64,000 nt of DNA, from positions 1 through 64,000 of the forward strand of contig ADNK01000546.1 of NCBI GenBank assembly GCA_000320545.1, read 5' to 3'. The notes under the pieces were generated by a model. The model saw nothing but the letters and a program-made list of their open reading frames with translations, was not told the origin of the DNA and searched no databases. The stretch comes from Bigelowiella natans CCMP2755 (lineage: Eukaryota; Protista; Cercozoa). Of the stretch, positions 1 through 13,474 are shown piece by piece (within the stretch, counting starts at the first letter, position 1; each line of letters begins with the position of its first letter). Made by a program: the position numbers and the translations under genes.

Positions 1-101
1 GACGACGATGATGACGACGACGACGATGACGATGACGACGACGACGACGACAATGACGACGACGACGACGACGATGATGACGACGACGACGATGACGATG
101 A

Positions 102-133
<32 letters not shown>

Positions 134-709
134 ATGATGACGACGACGACGATGACGATGACGATGATGATAGCGATGATACTGACGATACTACCGAAAA
201 AGGTAGATGTTATTTCACTTTTAATAAATATTTTCCCCTTTTTATCATCATCATCGCCATCACCATCATCACACTGTGCTTAAATAAACGTTACCACAAA
301 CAAAAATGGGCTATTTTCTTACGAATAGCGAACTTTTAATGCAATAAAAAGATTAGAGCAGCTATGAATCCACTCCACTTGCATTTCGACCTAAGTTTCG
401 AATTGCCTCCTCCTCCCCTCCATCATATGATCCATCATCTGATCCATCATCAACAAACATCGTCATCATCACATGTTTCTCAAACCGTCATTTAGGAAAG
501 ATGAACGGAGCTGTCAAAAAAGGTAGTAGTCAGCTGTAGACGTAGTACCAACAGAATTTTAAGTTCAATCTTCGATCACTGTCTTTCTCATCGTCTCTGT
601 TGATTGATATCGATGAAATATTGTCGCATTGCCGTTTAATTGTGATCACGATAACAATGATTTCGACGTTACTGAAATAAATGGGCGCTACTTTGTTTGA
701 AAGATGACG

Positions 710-746
<37 letters not shown>

Positions 747-750
747 TGAC

Positions 751-782
<32 letters not shown>

Positions 783-822
783 TGACGATGATGACGACGA
801 CGATGATGATGACGACGACGAT

Positions 823-857
<35 letters not shown>

Positions 858-1232
858 CGACGACGACGATGACAAGAAGAAGAAGGGCAAAGATACGTCT
901 ACAAAAAAAGGTAGCGATTCGATGAGACAACATCCATGACTTCTTCCTGAATGATGATCATCATCGGTGTCTTGCGATTGTGCCCCAATTAAACACGTCG
1001 ACCTGTATTTGTCACAGCAATGGAAGAGGATGATGACGACGACGACGATGATGACGATGACGATGACGACGATGACGACGACGACGATGATGACGATGAC
1101 GACGACGACGACGATGACGATGACGACGACGACGACGATGACGATGACGATAACGACGATGACGATGACGATGACGATGACGACGACGACGATGACGATG
1201 ACGACGATGACGACGACGACGACGACGACGAT

Positions 1233-1264
<32 letters not shown>

Positions 1265-1270
1265 CGACGA

Positions 1271-1303
<33 letters not shown>

Positions 1304-1351
1304 CGATGACGACGACGATGATGATGATGACGACGACGACGACGACGATGA

Positions 1352-1396
<45 letters not shown>

Positions 1397-1457
1397 TGAT
1401 GACGACGACGATGACGACGACGATAACGACGATGACGACGACGACGATGACGACGAT

Positions 1458-1489
<32 letters not shown>

Positions 1490-2006
1490 CGATGATGACG
1501 ATGACGACGACGACGACGATGACGATGACGACGACGATGATGATGATGATGACGACGACGACGATGATGACGACGACGACGATGATGACGACGACGATGA
1601 TAAGAAGAAAGGCAAAGGAAAACCTGCGAATAACGGTGCATAGCATGAGCTTTCGTAGTAGCAGTAGTAGTAGTAATTAGTAGCTACAACGGTGTGTGGT
1701 TAGATGATGAAGCATATACTGCCATAAAAAGATGATGATTATTATGTTGTGTTCCGATCCATCTTCCTTGACCACCTTGAAAGTCTTGATTACGTCCTCT
1801 TACAATCTTTCGTTCTTCCGTAATGAGTGTGAGATTATTGTTGCGCTTTCAAAGTCAAAATTTTGAGGAGGATGGTTTCTTACTACTTCATAGTATTGTG
1901 CAATTGCTAACCGTTTTGCGTATTTTTCACAGCAATGGAAGAGGACGACGACGACGATGACGATGACGACGACGACGACGATGACGATGACGACGACGAC
2001 GATGAT

Positions 2007-2037
<31 letters not shown>

Positions 2038-2767
2038 TGAGTCAGGCTGATTTACTAACGATATTGTGATCGAAGAAGAGGAGTGGTGCTGACAAGTTTG
2101 TAGTAGTAGTAAAACATCCTTATACTACCATTCACTGAATTACGCAACCTGTTTATGCTGCTTTTATATTGAAGGATGATGACGATGACGATGATGATGA
2201 TGAAGAAGAAGAAGAGGCCTCAGATAAGGCTAAATTACAACAAGCTAGTACAGAAGACGATGAGGTAAAAAGATATTCTCGATCGATTCCCATTAGCAAT
2301 GAGTTACAGTGCATGCATAGAATGAATGAATCAACCAATCAACCACGACAAAAGACAATGGTGTCAGTGAGAACGATACGACGACTATTACTACGACTTT
2401 CAGCAGCAGTATACTATGAGACCACATGATCCACTTATTTTTATAATTTATTCATCTACCTGATCATCCCCCCCCCCTGCATATAGCCGCCACATTATGC
2501 AACTGCTGCTGCTGCTGCTGCTTAATATCGGAAGAGCAATTGATAATGATGATGATGTATCATAATGATGGCGACGATGATATAAAATCTATGATTCGAA
2601 CGACTAAAATTTGTAGGACGAAGAGGGTGGCGACGAGAACGCTTATGCTAATACGCAACAGCAACAGTGGAGTAGCAGCAAACGATCGCCAAAAGATCCC
2701 AACGGCATTAAAAGAGACCTCACATCGGTATGATCAAGATTCCCTGCTCTAAATACAATCATAGGCA

Positions 2768-2800
<33 letters not shown>

Positions 2801-3491
2801 CGTAGTAATAGTAGTAGTAGTAGTAGTAGTAGTAGTAGGTAGTAGCAGCGGTAGTAGTAGTAGTAGTAAGCGTGGTGAGAAGCATCGAAAGAGAGGTGTA
2901 GGAGGTGTAGGGGGGATGAAAGTGAGGTGGAGAGAGAAGATAGCAGAGCAGGAGGAGGAGGAGGAGGGAATGTACGTTGTAGTTCCTTCGCCGCAATTTA
3001 ATGTATGGCCAATTGTATGCTCTCCTTCTTGCTGTTGTCGTTCTTCTTCCTCCTCCTTGCTATGTCGTACTACTTTAATTACAGATATCATCACCTCTTC
3101 TTCCCCTCGTCCCTCGTGATGATGACACATCAAAATCCAAATCACCATCATCATGCTCATCAGCATTCACCTCATCATTCCCACCTTCCTCGTTCTTCTT
3201 CTCCTCCTCCTCCTCCTCCTCCTCCTCCTCCTCCTTCTGCAGGAGGATGGTTCCCGCTTTTGCAGGATAGATAAGTCCAAAATTGCAGAGCTGAGCAACA
3301 TGTGGAAATCTCATACATATGAACCTGCCACCGAGTATGGGCGAAAAGCCAGCGAGAAGATGAATGCTACTAGAGGAAAGGGCTTCAGACATGAGAAAAC
3401 GAAGAGGAAACGCAGCGGTTACAGGGGTGGCTTCCTTGATACCACGATAAGATCGGTCAAATTCAACGAGGAGACTGGCACCTTCGGCTAA
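1..3491 (+). CDS. NOLC1: Nopp140/NOLC1/SRP40-like nucleolar protein (5' truncated), poly-Asp exons plus SRP40 C-terminal domain
   Basis: Exons <1-202, 496-522, 704-910, 1018-1635, 1933-2036, 2175-2264, 2617-2727 and 3243-3491 all have GT-AG borders with mutually consistent phases. The last exon encodes ...YGRKASEKMNATRGKGFRHEKTKRKRSGYRGG...SVKF, the SRP40_C signature. Confidence 0.88.
1027..1602 (+). repeat. Mixed GAC/GAT coding repeat (~190 Asp codons); shorter tracts at 1-170, 704-873 and 1944-2036
   Basis: Only the third codon position varies (GAC/GAT), with rare AAC. The tracts lie inside spliced exons. Confidence 0.9.
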
Positions 3492-3829
3492 TACTATATA
3501 AATAAGAGACGACTAACAAACGCGGAGAGCAAATTAGGAAGATTCTCCACCCCAACCAGAAAAACAAAATAAAAGGAAGAACATCAAAGACATAATGAAG
3601 AAGCAAGCAGAGTACTAGTTGATTTGTTAACGAAAGGCGTAGATTTTAGGAATAATTCAACTACACTTCTCGGCTGCTCTCATTTTCCAAAAATCTTTGC
3701 GATCTTTTCTCAGTCCAGCTGGCCTGAGCCTGGTGAGAGATAAGAAAACAATGAATAATGCAATACTTAGCTCATGCACATTGAAGATGTATTCACTATA
3801 ACTATATTATGATTTCTCTCAAAGCATTA

Positions 3830-4480
3830 TATGCGACATCACACGCCCGCACGACATCTACACATGTACGCGCCATGCTATCTAACAAGTGCACAAGTGG
3901 GCTAGTAGGCATGCGCGCATATGCTAGCATGCATGCTGAACCAAGAGGCTAGCATGTTGCAACATCTATGGGTAACGAAATCATTTCAGTTATTTGTACA
4001 TAATAGACACAGCAATACACAATATATATAGTGTATTGCATGTCTATCATGTATGTGCGTAATCTCCATCGCTAGCTGTAGCTGTAGCGTTTCGTAGCTT
4101 ATTGGCAGTAACAATCATAGCTGGCGAGCCGGAGAAATCACGTCGCAGCATGGTGCGGATCAAAGACGTATGAGGTGGGTTCATCATGCAGCACTTGTCA
4201 TCGCGATGAGCACGTCATAGCAGACTTCGTACGCATGCGTACTAATAGCGTGTGCGCTGCAGCACAACTTTGCGTGCACATTTGATGGGGTGCGTCTAGT
4301 GCGTGTGCGAAAAGTACATTATAATCACACGGGCAACATTTTGCTTTATTCATGTAAAATCCGTCGCGCTTTAAGATGCTTAGCTTGCAGCCATACAAAC
4401 CCACAAAATATGGATCCAGTGGGCAGATGGAGCATATGCAGTGTGTGCTATGTGGCGCGCGTCGGGCAGTCATGCAGAGT
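3830..4480. other. CTAG/CATG/TGCA-rich intergenic island (convergent gene ends)
   Basis: Dense gctag, catgc, tgcat and tagct words between the 3' ends of NOLC1 (+) and the GNAT gene (-). Boundaries are approximate. Confidence 0.6.
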
Positions 4481-4566
4481 GATCATGCATACCAAATAAT
4501 AAGATCGAAAGCTGTGGATTATAAAAGAACCAGATGCTCCGGCACATCTGCTTTATTCCGTGTTTC

Positions 4567-5270
4567 TTATTCATTCTTAAGATCCTGTTTTTTCTTATTA
4601 CCATTGTTGTCATCCTGTGAAGAAGCACAAAATGAGAACTCATGCTTCAATTTTACAAAAAAAAAACAGGCAAAGAGAAAGACAGACAACTTAGGGTGAT
4701 ATGTTCATCATCCATCTCTTAAATCACAACGACGACAAAGACTCGACTACCTTCTCGCTATTGAAAACAGCTCCAAGCACGTTTCCCCGCTTGTCCTTAT
4801 ATGTTTGAACAGACCGCCCATTTGCCATCTGTGTTATAACAAAATTATTAATCAAATCATAATAAATATCCATGAATCACACTACGACGACGCAGCCTAA
4901 TTGAAGACATGGATCGGTACAATAGTGACTATTTGTTAATTGATTGCATTGCAAGGCAACGATAGCAGTATTATATTAGGCAATGGAGCCTCCACATCTT
5001 CGCGGCATTAATTTGGCAATTATTCCCTTGATTCACAGATGAATCGCAGGGCGACCTACTACTCGCAAATAATCGATGCCAAAGATACAGAAGTACAGAT
5101 CTTTCTGGTGTTGTTTTCGTTGATTTGCTTATGTTCAATCGTACGCGCTTCGAGTAGTTCTCGACAAAATCCTCGGTTACATACTCACGAAACTCCAAGT
5201 GCAAGTTCCACGTCTGCAGCATCATAATATGCAGAAAAGCACGATCAGTAATCAATCAAAGAATGCACGC

Positions 5271-5317
<47 letters not shown>

Positions 5318-5438
5318 TACACATGCAAGCATACCTCGGAGTAACCCTTGAGTCCTCTTACGGAAGGAATGGTGGGAGGAGCGAGTAAATTGCCTCCAGG
5401 TACGTGTTGATATATAGCTTCATACGCCTAAGAATGGC

Positions 5439-5475
<37 letters not shown>

Positions 5476-5947
5476 CTTTACATATACCCCGTCTCACGAT
5501 GAACTATAGAATCATTTATCGTCTCTTCAGCAGCTTTCTTACTATTGCTGCTGCCTAGCTACTACTACTTTGTCTTACTTTTGGATGTATTAGAACAGGA
5601 AGCACCCGTACAGCAAGTTGCTTCTTGTTTTGACCTAGAGAGTGTAGAAGAAGAGAGAATAATGTGTATTCTCTTTAGGAGAAATAGCAATTTGTTGTTA
5701 CCGCTATTGGCTACTTATTAAACATCGTTGTCGTGTATTTCAACTGCATGTTGTATGATACGCAGCTGCTGCTGCTACTACTACTACTACTACTACTACT
5801 TACTTCTGCTACTACTATCACTTACTCGTCCTCGCAACAATTTGCTCCAGAGCGAGATAGCCAACGTTGAATGCCTAAAGACAGACCCACCACAGTTTAC
5901 ATAACCACAGGCACAGCAGAGAAACAGGAACACACACACACACACAC

Positions 5948-5990
<43 letters not shown>

Positions 5991-6196
5991 CACGCAAACA
6001 ATAAATCCTGGAGTGGTGTGCATGAGTCTTTGCGTGTGGTAAAATGCTTCCACAAGATACTCTCACTGATAAACTCATTTACTCATTAACTTACTCCGGA
6101 TTTGTTATTCTCAGTTGCTGTGAGCGTTGTGAAGGGGCACTTGAGACAATGCAGTCCATTTGGCCATTCAGCTGTGTCACCAGAACTACGCTGATA

Positions 6197-6228
<32 letters not shown>

Positions 6229-6496
6229 TCTTTCAAATCTGCGACAGCCCCAATACCTCACATGAAGACAGATATAACACTCTTCTTCTCATCAATACCT
6301 CACATGAAGAAAGACAAAGCACTCTTCTTTCTTCCTCCTCTCTTTTTTCCTATTCTCCTTCCTGCTCCTACTTCTTCTACTACTCCTCTTCTTCTTCTTC
6401 TTCTTCTACTCTCCTCCTCCCCCCATTCTGCTACTTCCTCCCTTTGTTGTCTCCATCTCAGTCAGTATTCAAACCAACACAGCATCATCATCAATA

Positions 6497-6529
<33 letters not shown>

Positions 6530-7028
6530 TGTTGTTGTTGTTGTTGTTGGCACCTTAAAAGTCTTGACAAACAGCATCTTATCTCCCTTCTTTACTCTTA
6601 CAGGCTTCAAACCGATGCCTTTCTTCCTATCTAACCTGAAGAAGAGTTGACCCATACGCAACACGCGGCCATACACGGAGCTTTCCCCTATATCATCGAT
6701 GCTCTTTCATTGTAAAAATGGGATGATGGTGGAGGAGAGGAATGATGTAGGAGGGGAGAGAAGATCAGATAGATGTCTGCAATTGGAGAAGGATTTTACA
6801 TATCTCCACGTTCTATATTTTGAGCATCAGCAAAAGATGGCATCTTATTATTATTTCAGTACTTCCATGAGGAGGAGTTTGAGCCAGATCACAAATTGAT
6901 AATAGATACATCATGTACAACTACTATTACTACTACTACTACGTCTCTTCTTCTTCTCCTCCTTCTAATAACAAAGGCCATTACTACTACAACAACAACT
7001 ACTACTACGGCATGTTCCAAAAGACAAA

Positions 7029-7074
<46 letters not shown>

Positions 7075-7722
7075 CCAAACAACACCTGTGATCTCAAGTC
7101 AATTCCTGGGAAATTAGCAGCGGCCTTTCGTAGCGCCTCAGGGTCTTTTGCTGCACTATTATCATTCTTCCTACTACCTGTGTTCTCTTCTTTTTCTTCT
7201 CCCCCCTCTTTCTCCTCTTCTTCTCCGTGCTGTTTTTGCAACTGCTTCTTCTTCTTCTTTCTCTTCTGCTTATTGCGTTTACGACGAAGGCGTTTGGCAG
7301 CAAGTTTGGCCTCTTCAACCGAGGATGAGTCTGCTGCTCCAAGCTCTTGTGGTATTATCTTGTTATTTTTGTCTCCTACTACGCCTTCTTCGTCTAGTAA
7401 CACCTCACTGGTCATCCAAACAGTGAAAATACCCCCCTTCTTAGAGGAAGAAGATATTTTTTTGTCGTTGCTCTTTCTAAGTGGCAGTCCTTTTTGAATG
7501 TCCTTAAGTAAGTCACAATGTGTTTCGATGGATGCACAGCTACTGCTACTACTGCTGTTCTTCTTCTTCTTCTTCTTCTTCTTCTTCTTGTCCTTTGTTC
7601 TATCGTGATGCCCATCACTCTCTTCTTCACCCACTGCCACATCATCATCCCCGCCAGGGAGGATAACTCTCTTTGCAAATGGGTTGCCGGCCTTTCCAAT
7701 TATATGTGTAGAAATAAGAATA

Positions 7723-7762
<40 letters not shown>

Positions 7763-7895
7763 GTGTATGAGGAGGATGTGTGGATGGCAGAAATAGGTTG
7801 ATGATCTCAAAAGTAAGGCAGGACTTTTAGAATCTGAGTTGTTCAAACTTTGAGAATACTACTAGTAGCATACCATTACCACCATTAGCACACTG

Positions 7896-7926
<31 letters not shown>

Positions 7927-8124
7927 ACTACTACTACTACTTCTATTTTACCTTGGTGAATCCGCATTTTCGATAGAATTCTACATTAGAAGGTTGTGTT
8001 CTGATACAGGACGAAGATTCAAGATGTTGTTTGTTGTGGTTCATGGCGATGATATTCGGATTCACACATGTATAAAGACTCCACCATAAGTTCTCTTCCC
8101 TATCCCACCCCCTTCTTTATTCTT

Positions 8125-8162
<38 letters not shown>

Positions 8163-8379
8163 CAAATATCAATCCCCCCTTTCCTTTGTTCCATTTTATT
8201 CTCTCCAATCATCTCGACTTGAGTAGAATGTATTTGTTCTCCGGAGCGTGTTTGACAACATAGGCCTTCGCCGCATCCAACAGACGCTTTCCTAAATCAA
8301 AGTGGTGGAGCACAAGGTAGCTTTAGCAGGGAGGGGGGGGAAAGGCTCAGGAGAAATAATGAAGGCAAGTGAGGGAGAT

Positions 8380-8422
<43 letters not shown>

Positions 8423-9661
8423 AATGCCGTGGTTTCGCAGCTCTTTCCTGACACAGAGTGAGTGAAGAATCAAAGCCTACAGAAATATAATAACCATTTA
8501 GCGATGATGATGATGATGATGATGATGATCTTTTGATGATGATAATAACAACGGCATATATTGCATTCACAACACGCGATAGTGGAATCGCCTAGAGGAT
8601 AAACAATTAAAATAAAGTAGTGAAAAAACACCAGAAGTCACACACAAGTGTTTCCCTATTGACTCCGATTCAGAGCTATAAAATTGCAATACTGTTTTCC
8701 TGTTGCTGTGCGAACCTTGGCATTCTTGAAGGTTGATTTAGCAGCATCCAGACGTGCATGGGCTACTACAACTTTTCCATCTTCTTTTTTGATGTCTGTA
8801 GCACCATCAGAAGAGGCCCTACCTTCTATTTTTGACTGCTTTCTCGTGAGAAGGAGTGTGAATGAAGTCGCGCCATCCGATCTTGGAGAAGTGTACCTTT
8901 GGTGTTGTTCGTTTAATGTATTTATGCACAAAATGGACACAAGATTCAAAATGGACACAAGATTGAAAAAGAACTCAGATTAAGCAACTGTAAGAAGTAA
9001 AATGACACCGCTAGTGAAGAAGAGATGTGTTGACGAAAACTGCCTTCACATTGGGGAGAAGGGTGCGTAGATGTATTTGCTTGTGCGGTGTACAGCATCG
9101 TGATTTCTTACCCAGATGATAATGTGAGGTAATGATTCGGTGCGGTCGTAAATTCAAAATATGTACGAACAAAAAGCCAACATTTTCCCCCAAAATAGAA
9201 GCAAAGTGAAGCAACAAATAGTGTACAGGTAGGTGAGGTCGTGGTTTGGCGAAAGTAACAAGTGCTCTGTAGTTATATGGAATCCCAACAGATAAACAAG
9301 ATACAATATCCAGATGTTAGGTCCCTTCTATTTTCTCCTCTCTCTACCTTGCTATGGCTTTCATCCGGGTCTCTTCACTCACCCCAGGCCACTGAAGAAG
9401 ACAACAGAGGGATGATAGGATGCGATTAACACACTGTCTTATGACATGCACGTACTACCACGCCCACCTGATCTTTAAGAAGCTCAACAGTCTCTGCAAC
9501 CAAGTCCGGTGCGGCACCAATTTCGACCAGGGAGAGGTCCCCCTCCGCAAATACTACTTTGTTTGACCTACGCACGGAATAACCATTTCTTTTAGCATTA
9601 AGCCACGAACGCTCGCAACAAAATCAAGATCTGCCTTCTCTGGAGGCATGCACCTCCGCAT
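4567..9661 (-). CDS. NAA80: NAA80/NAT6-like GNAT N-acetyltransferase with long Lys-rich and unknown C-terminal extension (multi-exon; 3' end uncertain)
   Basis: Spliced peptides LSLVEIGAAPDLVAETVELLKDQ|WPGVSEETRMKAIAR, GKVVVAHARL, ALILHSLCVRKELRNHGIG|KRLLDAAK and TQPSNVEFYRKCGF give GNAT motifs A/B and the NAA80-type 'L.dqWP' N-terminus. Downstream exons are only partly resolved. Confidence 0.72.
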
Positions 9662-10077
9662 ATTGCAAAACTGTTACATGCTGAGCAACCAACAATATGA
9701 TCAAGTAGATCTAGCTGCTCCTCTTACATGTCCTCCGATCCAACGATGCTCCTACGACTGCAAGCACGAACTCGATCGTTTCAGTCGAGATTGAGCCAAG
9801 ATGATCACACGAAATCACATTCGTTTTTCATGATTATGCTAATTCTGACATTGACGTATATATAAAAATAAAAGCATCTACTCTCCAATGTGATAATTTA
9901 GACTAAATTCAAGTCCTGACACATCGGTAAATTGACAAGAGAATCTCATCCAAAATGGACTCTTTTCAACACCACAAAGTACCTAAATTATTCTGAAACT
10001 ATTTCCGCAGTTGGGAAGTCGCTTGATTCCCCCTTTTAGTAAATTAAAAATAACATAGGATATTTTACGCTATAATA

Positions 10078-12364
10078 ATGTTCTATCTAGTCCCAATTGC
10101 CGTGAAGCTTCCTCAAAACCCAGTGCAACAAATTGTCGCCCCCTTCAATCTTAAAGAAGTACCAATGCTTGATGTTGTGGTTCCTGTACCTCTCTGGGTT
10201 GTGATCGCCTCCTCTGCTATCCTTGCTTACACCATCCACCTTTCACTTCGGCCGGTACCTGACAAAATTGAGGGGGAAACAGCATTGGTTGTACAGTACA
10301 ATGGAGATTCTTTTTCAGCACAGCGACTGACTACTCCCCTTTACGCGTAGCAGGCCACGAGAGACGTGAAGAGTACGGATGACACCCTTGTTCCTTTCAA
10401 ATGGGTTCAACGGGGTGAAAAAAAGGGGAATGACGAGCATATAGAGCTACTGTCGGAAAGGATTCCTGAGAAAGACATGCAGGTACATGAATTTTTACCA
10501 TGTGCTGAACCTGGTTGTCAATATTGCCCAAAAACTGGCGAGTAATCTTGAATATTATCCTTCAAGGTACGCGCCCGCAAATTCTATGAGTTCTTGAATA
10601 TGAGGCGATCGCTCCGATTCTACTCCACTGGTAGTAATAACGGTCAAATCCTCCCATGCCTCTCCGCATACCAGAATGTTAGCTCAAGTAGAACAAGCTA
10701 AAAGTAGAACAGATAGCCAGTGGATTATGCTCCTATATAGTCTCTCTTTTTCTTCTTCTACCTCCCCTTCAGACCCGATTCCCCATGGAGTCCTTGAGGA
10801 CTGTATTCGAACTGCGGGTACTTCCGTGCTAACGTTAAACCATCTTACGGGCCCCGCGTTTGTAATTATTATGGTTCCTGTGTAATTGTGAATAATGAAC
10901 TGGGTAAAGGTACGGCTCCATCAGGGGCACATAAGCAGCCCTGGACCTTTGCAATTGTTCGGTAATTTGTGCCTAGCATTTGAACAAGACACTCTTCCCA
11001 ATCATCACTTGTTGTTGCGCGTATTACTTTAAGAGGGAAGGAGGAGCGGGCACGGATCCGTGAACTTGTTGAGAAGGTGCTAATCATATCATCCACCTTC
11101 TGTCATGCGAAACCTATTTCATAATACATTTATTATTTTAGGAAGAAAAGATTAACTACGACAGACGAATGAAGAAATCATGGGTGCTTCGCCAGAATTT
11201 TTAGCATGCATTTGCAAAATCGTAGAGTAGCGCAGATCTCACACAACCTTTGAAACCGTCATGATGAGTGCGTACTCAACATGTGGAGGAAAATATTGAC
11301 AACTCCTCAACTGACACTTTTCTCTTCTTCGTGCTCCCGCTTTTCCTTCCTCCTTACCTTACCCTACATAGGTGAATGATGTTGCTGTGCTGACTGGTGA
11401 AGGAGCTGACAAACGATTGTACGGATCTGGTGATTACATATAATTGAACAAAACATATCGTCTATAGAATGAAATTTAATAGCTAAATCGTTATGCATGT
11501 GGAACCCTCACTATGATCAACCACACGCGTTCTTTGTTATAATTCTCTCTCCATCGAAGACTTCTCCATCCACTCTATTGCCCTTCCCCGCGTTCACCCT
11601 GTACTCTTTCTGCGGCATTAGGGGCGCCGAAAAAGCCTTACCTGACTGACGCACCTGCGCTAGTTGTCTTGTTCAAGCAGGTTTCCAACTTAAGTTGGCA
11701 GGAGGGAAAGAGAGATAGAGGGGGGGGGGGGGGAGGTGAGAGGGGGAGAGAGAGAGCATTAAATGATCGGTTTCTTGGGTAGGTACATGGTGTTGATTCG
11801 GATGGAAAGCGAACGGACAACTACTACGTGCAGGTAGCACTTATTTCTTCTGGTTCTAATTACATTGATGATCCTTCACTTGTTGCAGGAAAGCTGCGGC
11901 ATTGCTACAGGGATGTTCATTGCTGCGCTCCATAATGTAGGACTGGCTACACTTACATCAACGCCTATGGGTATGTTCGCATATTTTTAGTTTGTAGATC
12001 TTGCCTATGTACTGCAATTTGTAGTTCAAATAAAAAAAAAATGTAGGGGCTGGTAAAGCAATCGGGGACCTCCTAGGCCGGCCTACATACGAGAAGGTAC
12101 CCAATACACGCCAGAGAATAAGATGTGCCACACGACCATCAAGGAATAATTTGAAGTGATGTGCTGTGCATGCGTATATATAGGTGTTTCTCCTGTTGCC
12201 AGTTGGGTACCCAGCCAAGGATGCAACGGTATATCATTTAGAATAGTGGATAGAATTTCGAAATTATTATGGAAAGGGTAATATATGCGGGATCACTGCA
12301 GGTGCCATACCGAGATGCACAAAGTCTTAGAAAGCCAGACACAGAGCTCTTCATATCGAAGTAG
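10078..12364 (+). CDS. IYD: Iodotyrosine deiodinase (nitroreductase superfamily) with N-terminal hydrophobic anchor
   Basis: Exon peptides [106 protein letters not shown]; stop at 12362-12364. The start may be 10165 instead. Confidence 0.9.
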
Positions 12365-12499
12365 AGGTGATCAGAGTAGCATACCTTGTATCTATACCAA
12401 CGCTTATTGGACACGCTCTTGTGTCCTTGGTGCCCACTGGAGTAACGTCAAACAGGTTTACTCGTTCATTCTGGACGTATATGTAGATATGTAGTACTG

Positions 12500-12950
12500 C
12501 TGAGTGCAAAATTGCGCATTAAAAATATCAAACAAAACTAGCTATGCACGCGTTATTGACCTATGAAGCCCGCATGAGCACTGTACTAGTGTATTAGCGA
12601 GCATGCATGACATAGCAATAAAGTACTAATACATGGTGAGATAGCCTGCACAATAGTCGAATAAGGCTTAACGGCTGGATAGCTGCCAGCACTATGACGC
12701 CCGCTAACCCCGCATACTCTAGCTAGCTAGATGCTGTGGCGTGCTTGCCACTATGTTTGCACGCATCAGCAATGCCAGAGCAAAGATAGCGAGTAGAACA
12801 TATGTTATCCAGACGTAAGACGCAAATGTTGTTACATGCTGCTGGTACATAGTGGTACGCACATGGTAGCTAGCATGTGCTGGTACATGTTTGGATGTGT
12901 TGAGGTCGTAGTTACGTACGACACAAGAGGTGATGCTCATTGCGCTTGCT
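12500..12950. other. CTAG/CATG-rich intergenic island (convergent gene ends)
   Basis: ctagctagctag and gctagcatg clusters between the ends of IYD (+) and eIF4E (-). Confidence 0.6.
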
Positions 12951-13474
12951 GCATGATAATCTGGGTGCCTCATTATCTGCCCCGTCCCTTATTTGAGCCC
13001 CCACCATTGCCATGTTTGTCAGAATTGCCGCGTCTTGATACAGTGTAAGGTGGACGAGGGCCCTTCGACAAAGAGAAGCGTGGTGTCATCACATCGTGCC
13101 CCCTCCCCACACTTTTGGAACCATCTTTCCATGCTCGACTACTTCCGCCTCTTTCCCCAGTATGATGATGACGCTGGTGAGTCCTACCACCACCACCATC
13201 GCTATGATGCTGCATTGGTGGAGGCGGTGCTGGCGGCACTTCCTTCCACGGGTGGCGAAGACTTTCTGGGATTATTAACCTCTGACCAGCGTTAACGAAC
13301 AAATGGTAACCACATGAAAATAGATGCAGCGGATATGTCTTGCATTAAGTAAAGATAGTAATAAGGATTCAATACATCCACATAAAATTTAATTGAAATG
13401 TAAATTATAGAATGAGCAGGGAAGAGAGAGGGAAGAGACTGAACAATATTACATCATAAACTTCAAAATAAAAA

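Noticed and set aside
669-1680. Long ORFs rich in Val/Ile, Ser, Arg/His or Thr/Met
   Set aside because: They are alternative-frame shadows of the GAC/GAT poly-Asp tract; only the Asp frame fits the splice phases.
3661-3732. Possible terminal minus-strand exon
   Set aside because: Two frames are equally plausible, and an intergenic island separates it from the GNAT gene.
12973-13302. Overlapping GC-richer ORFs on both strands
   Set aside because: No recognisable domain or consistent exon chain; may be a gene fragment.
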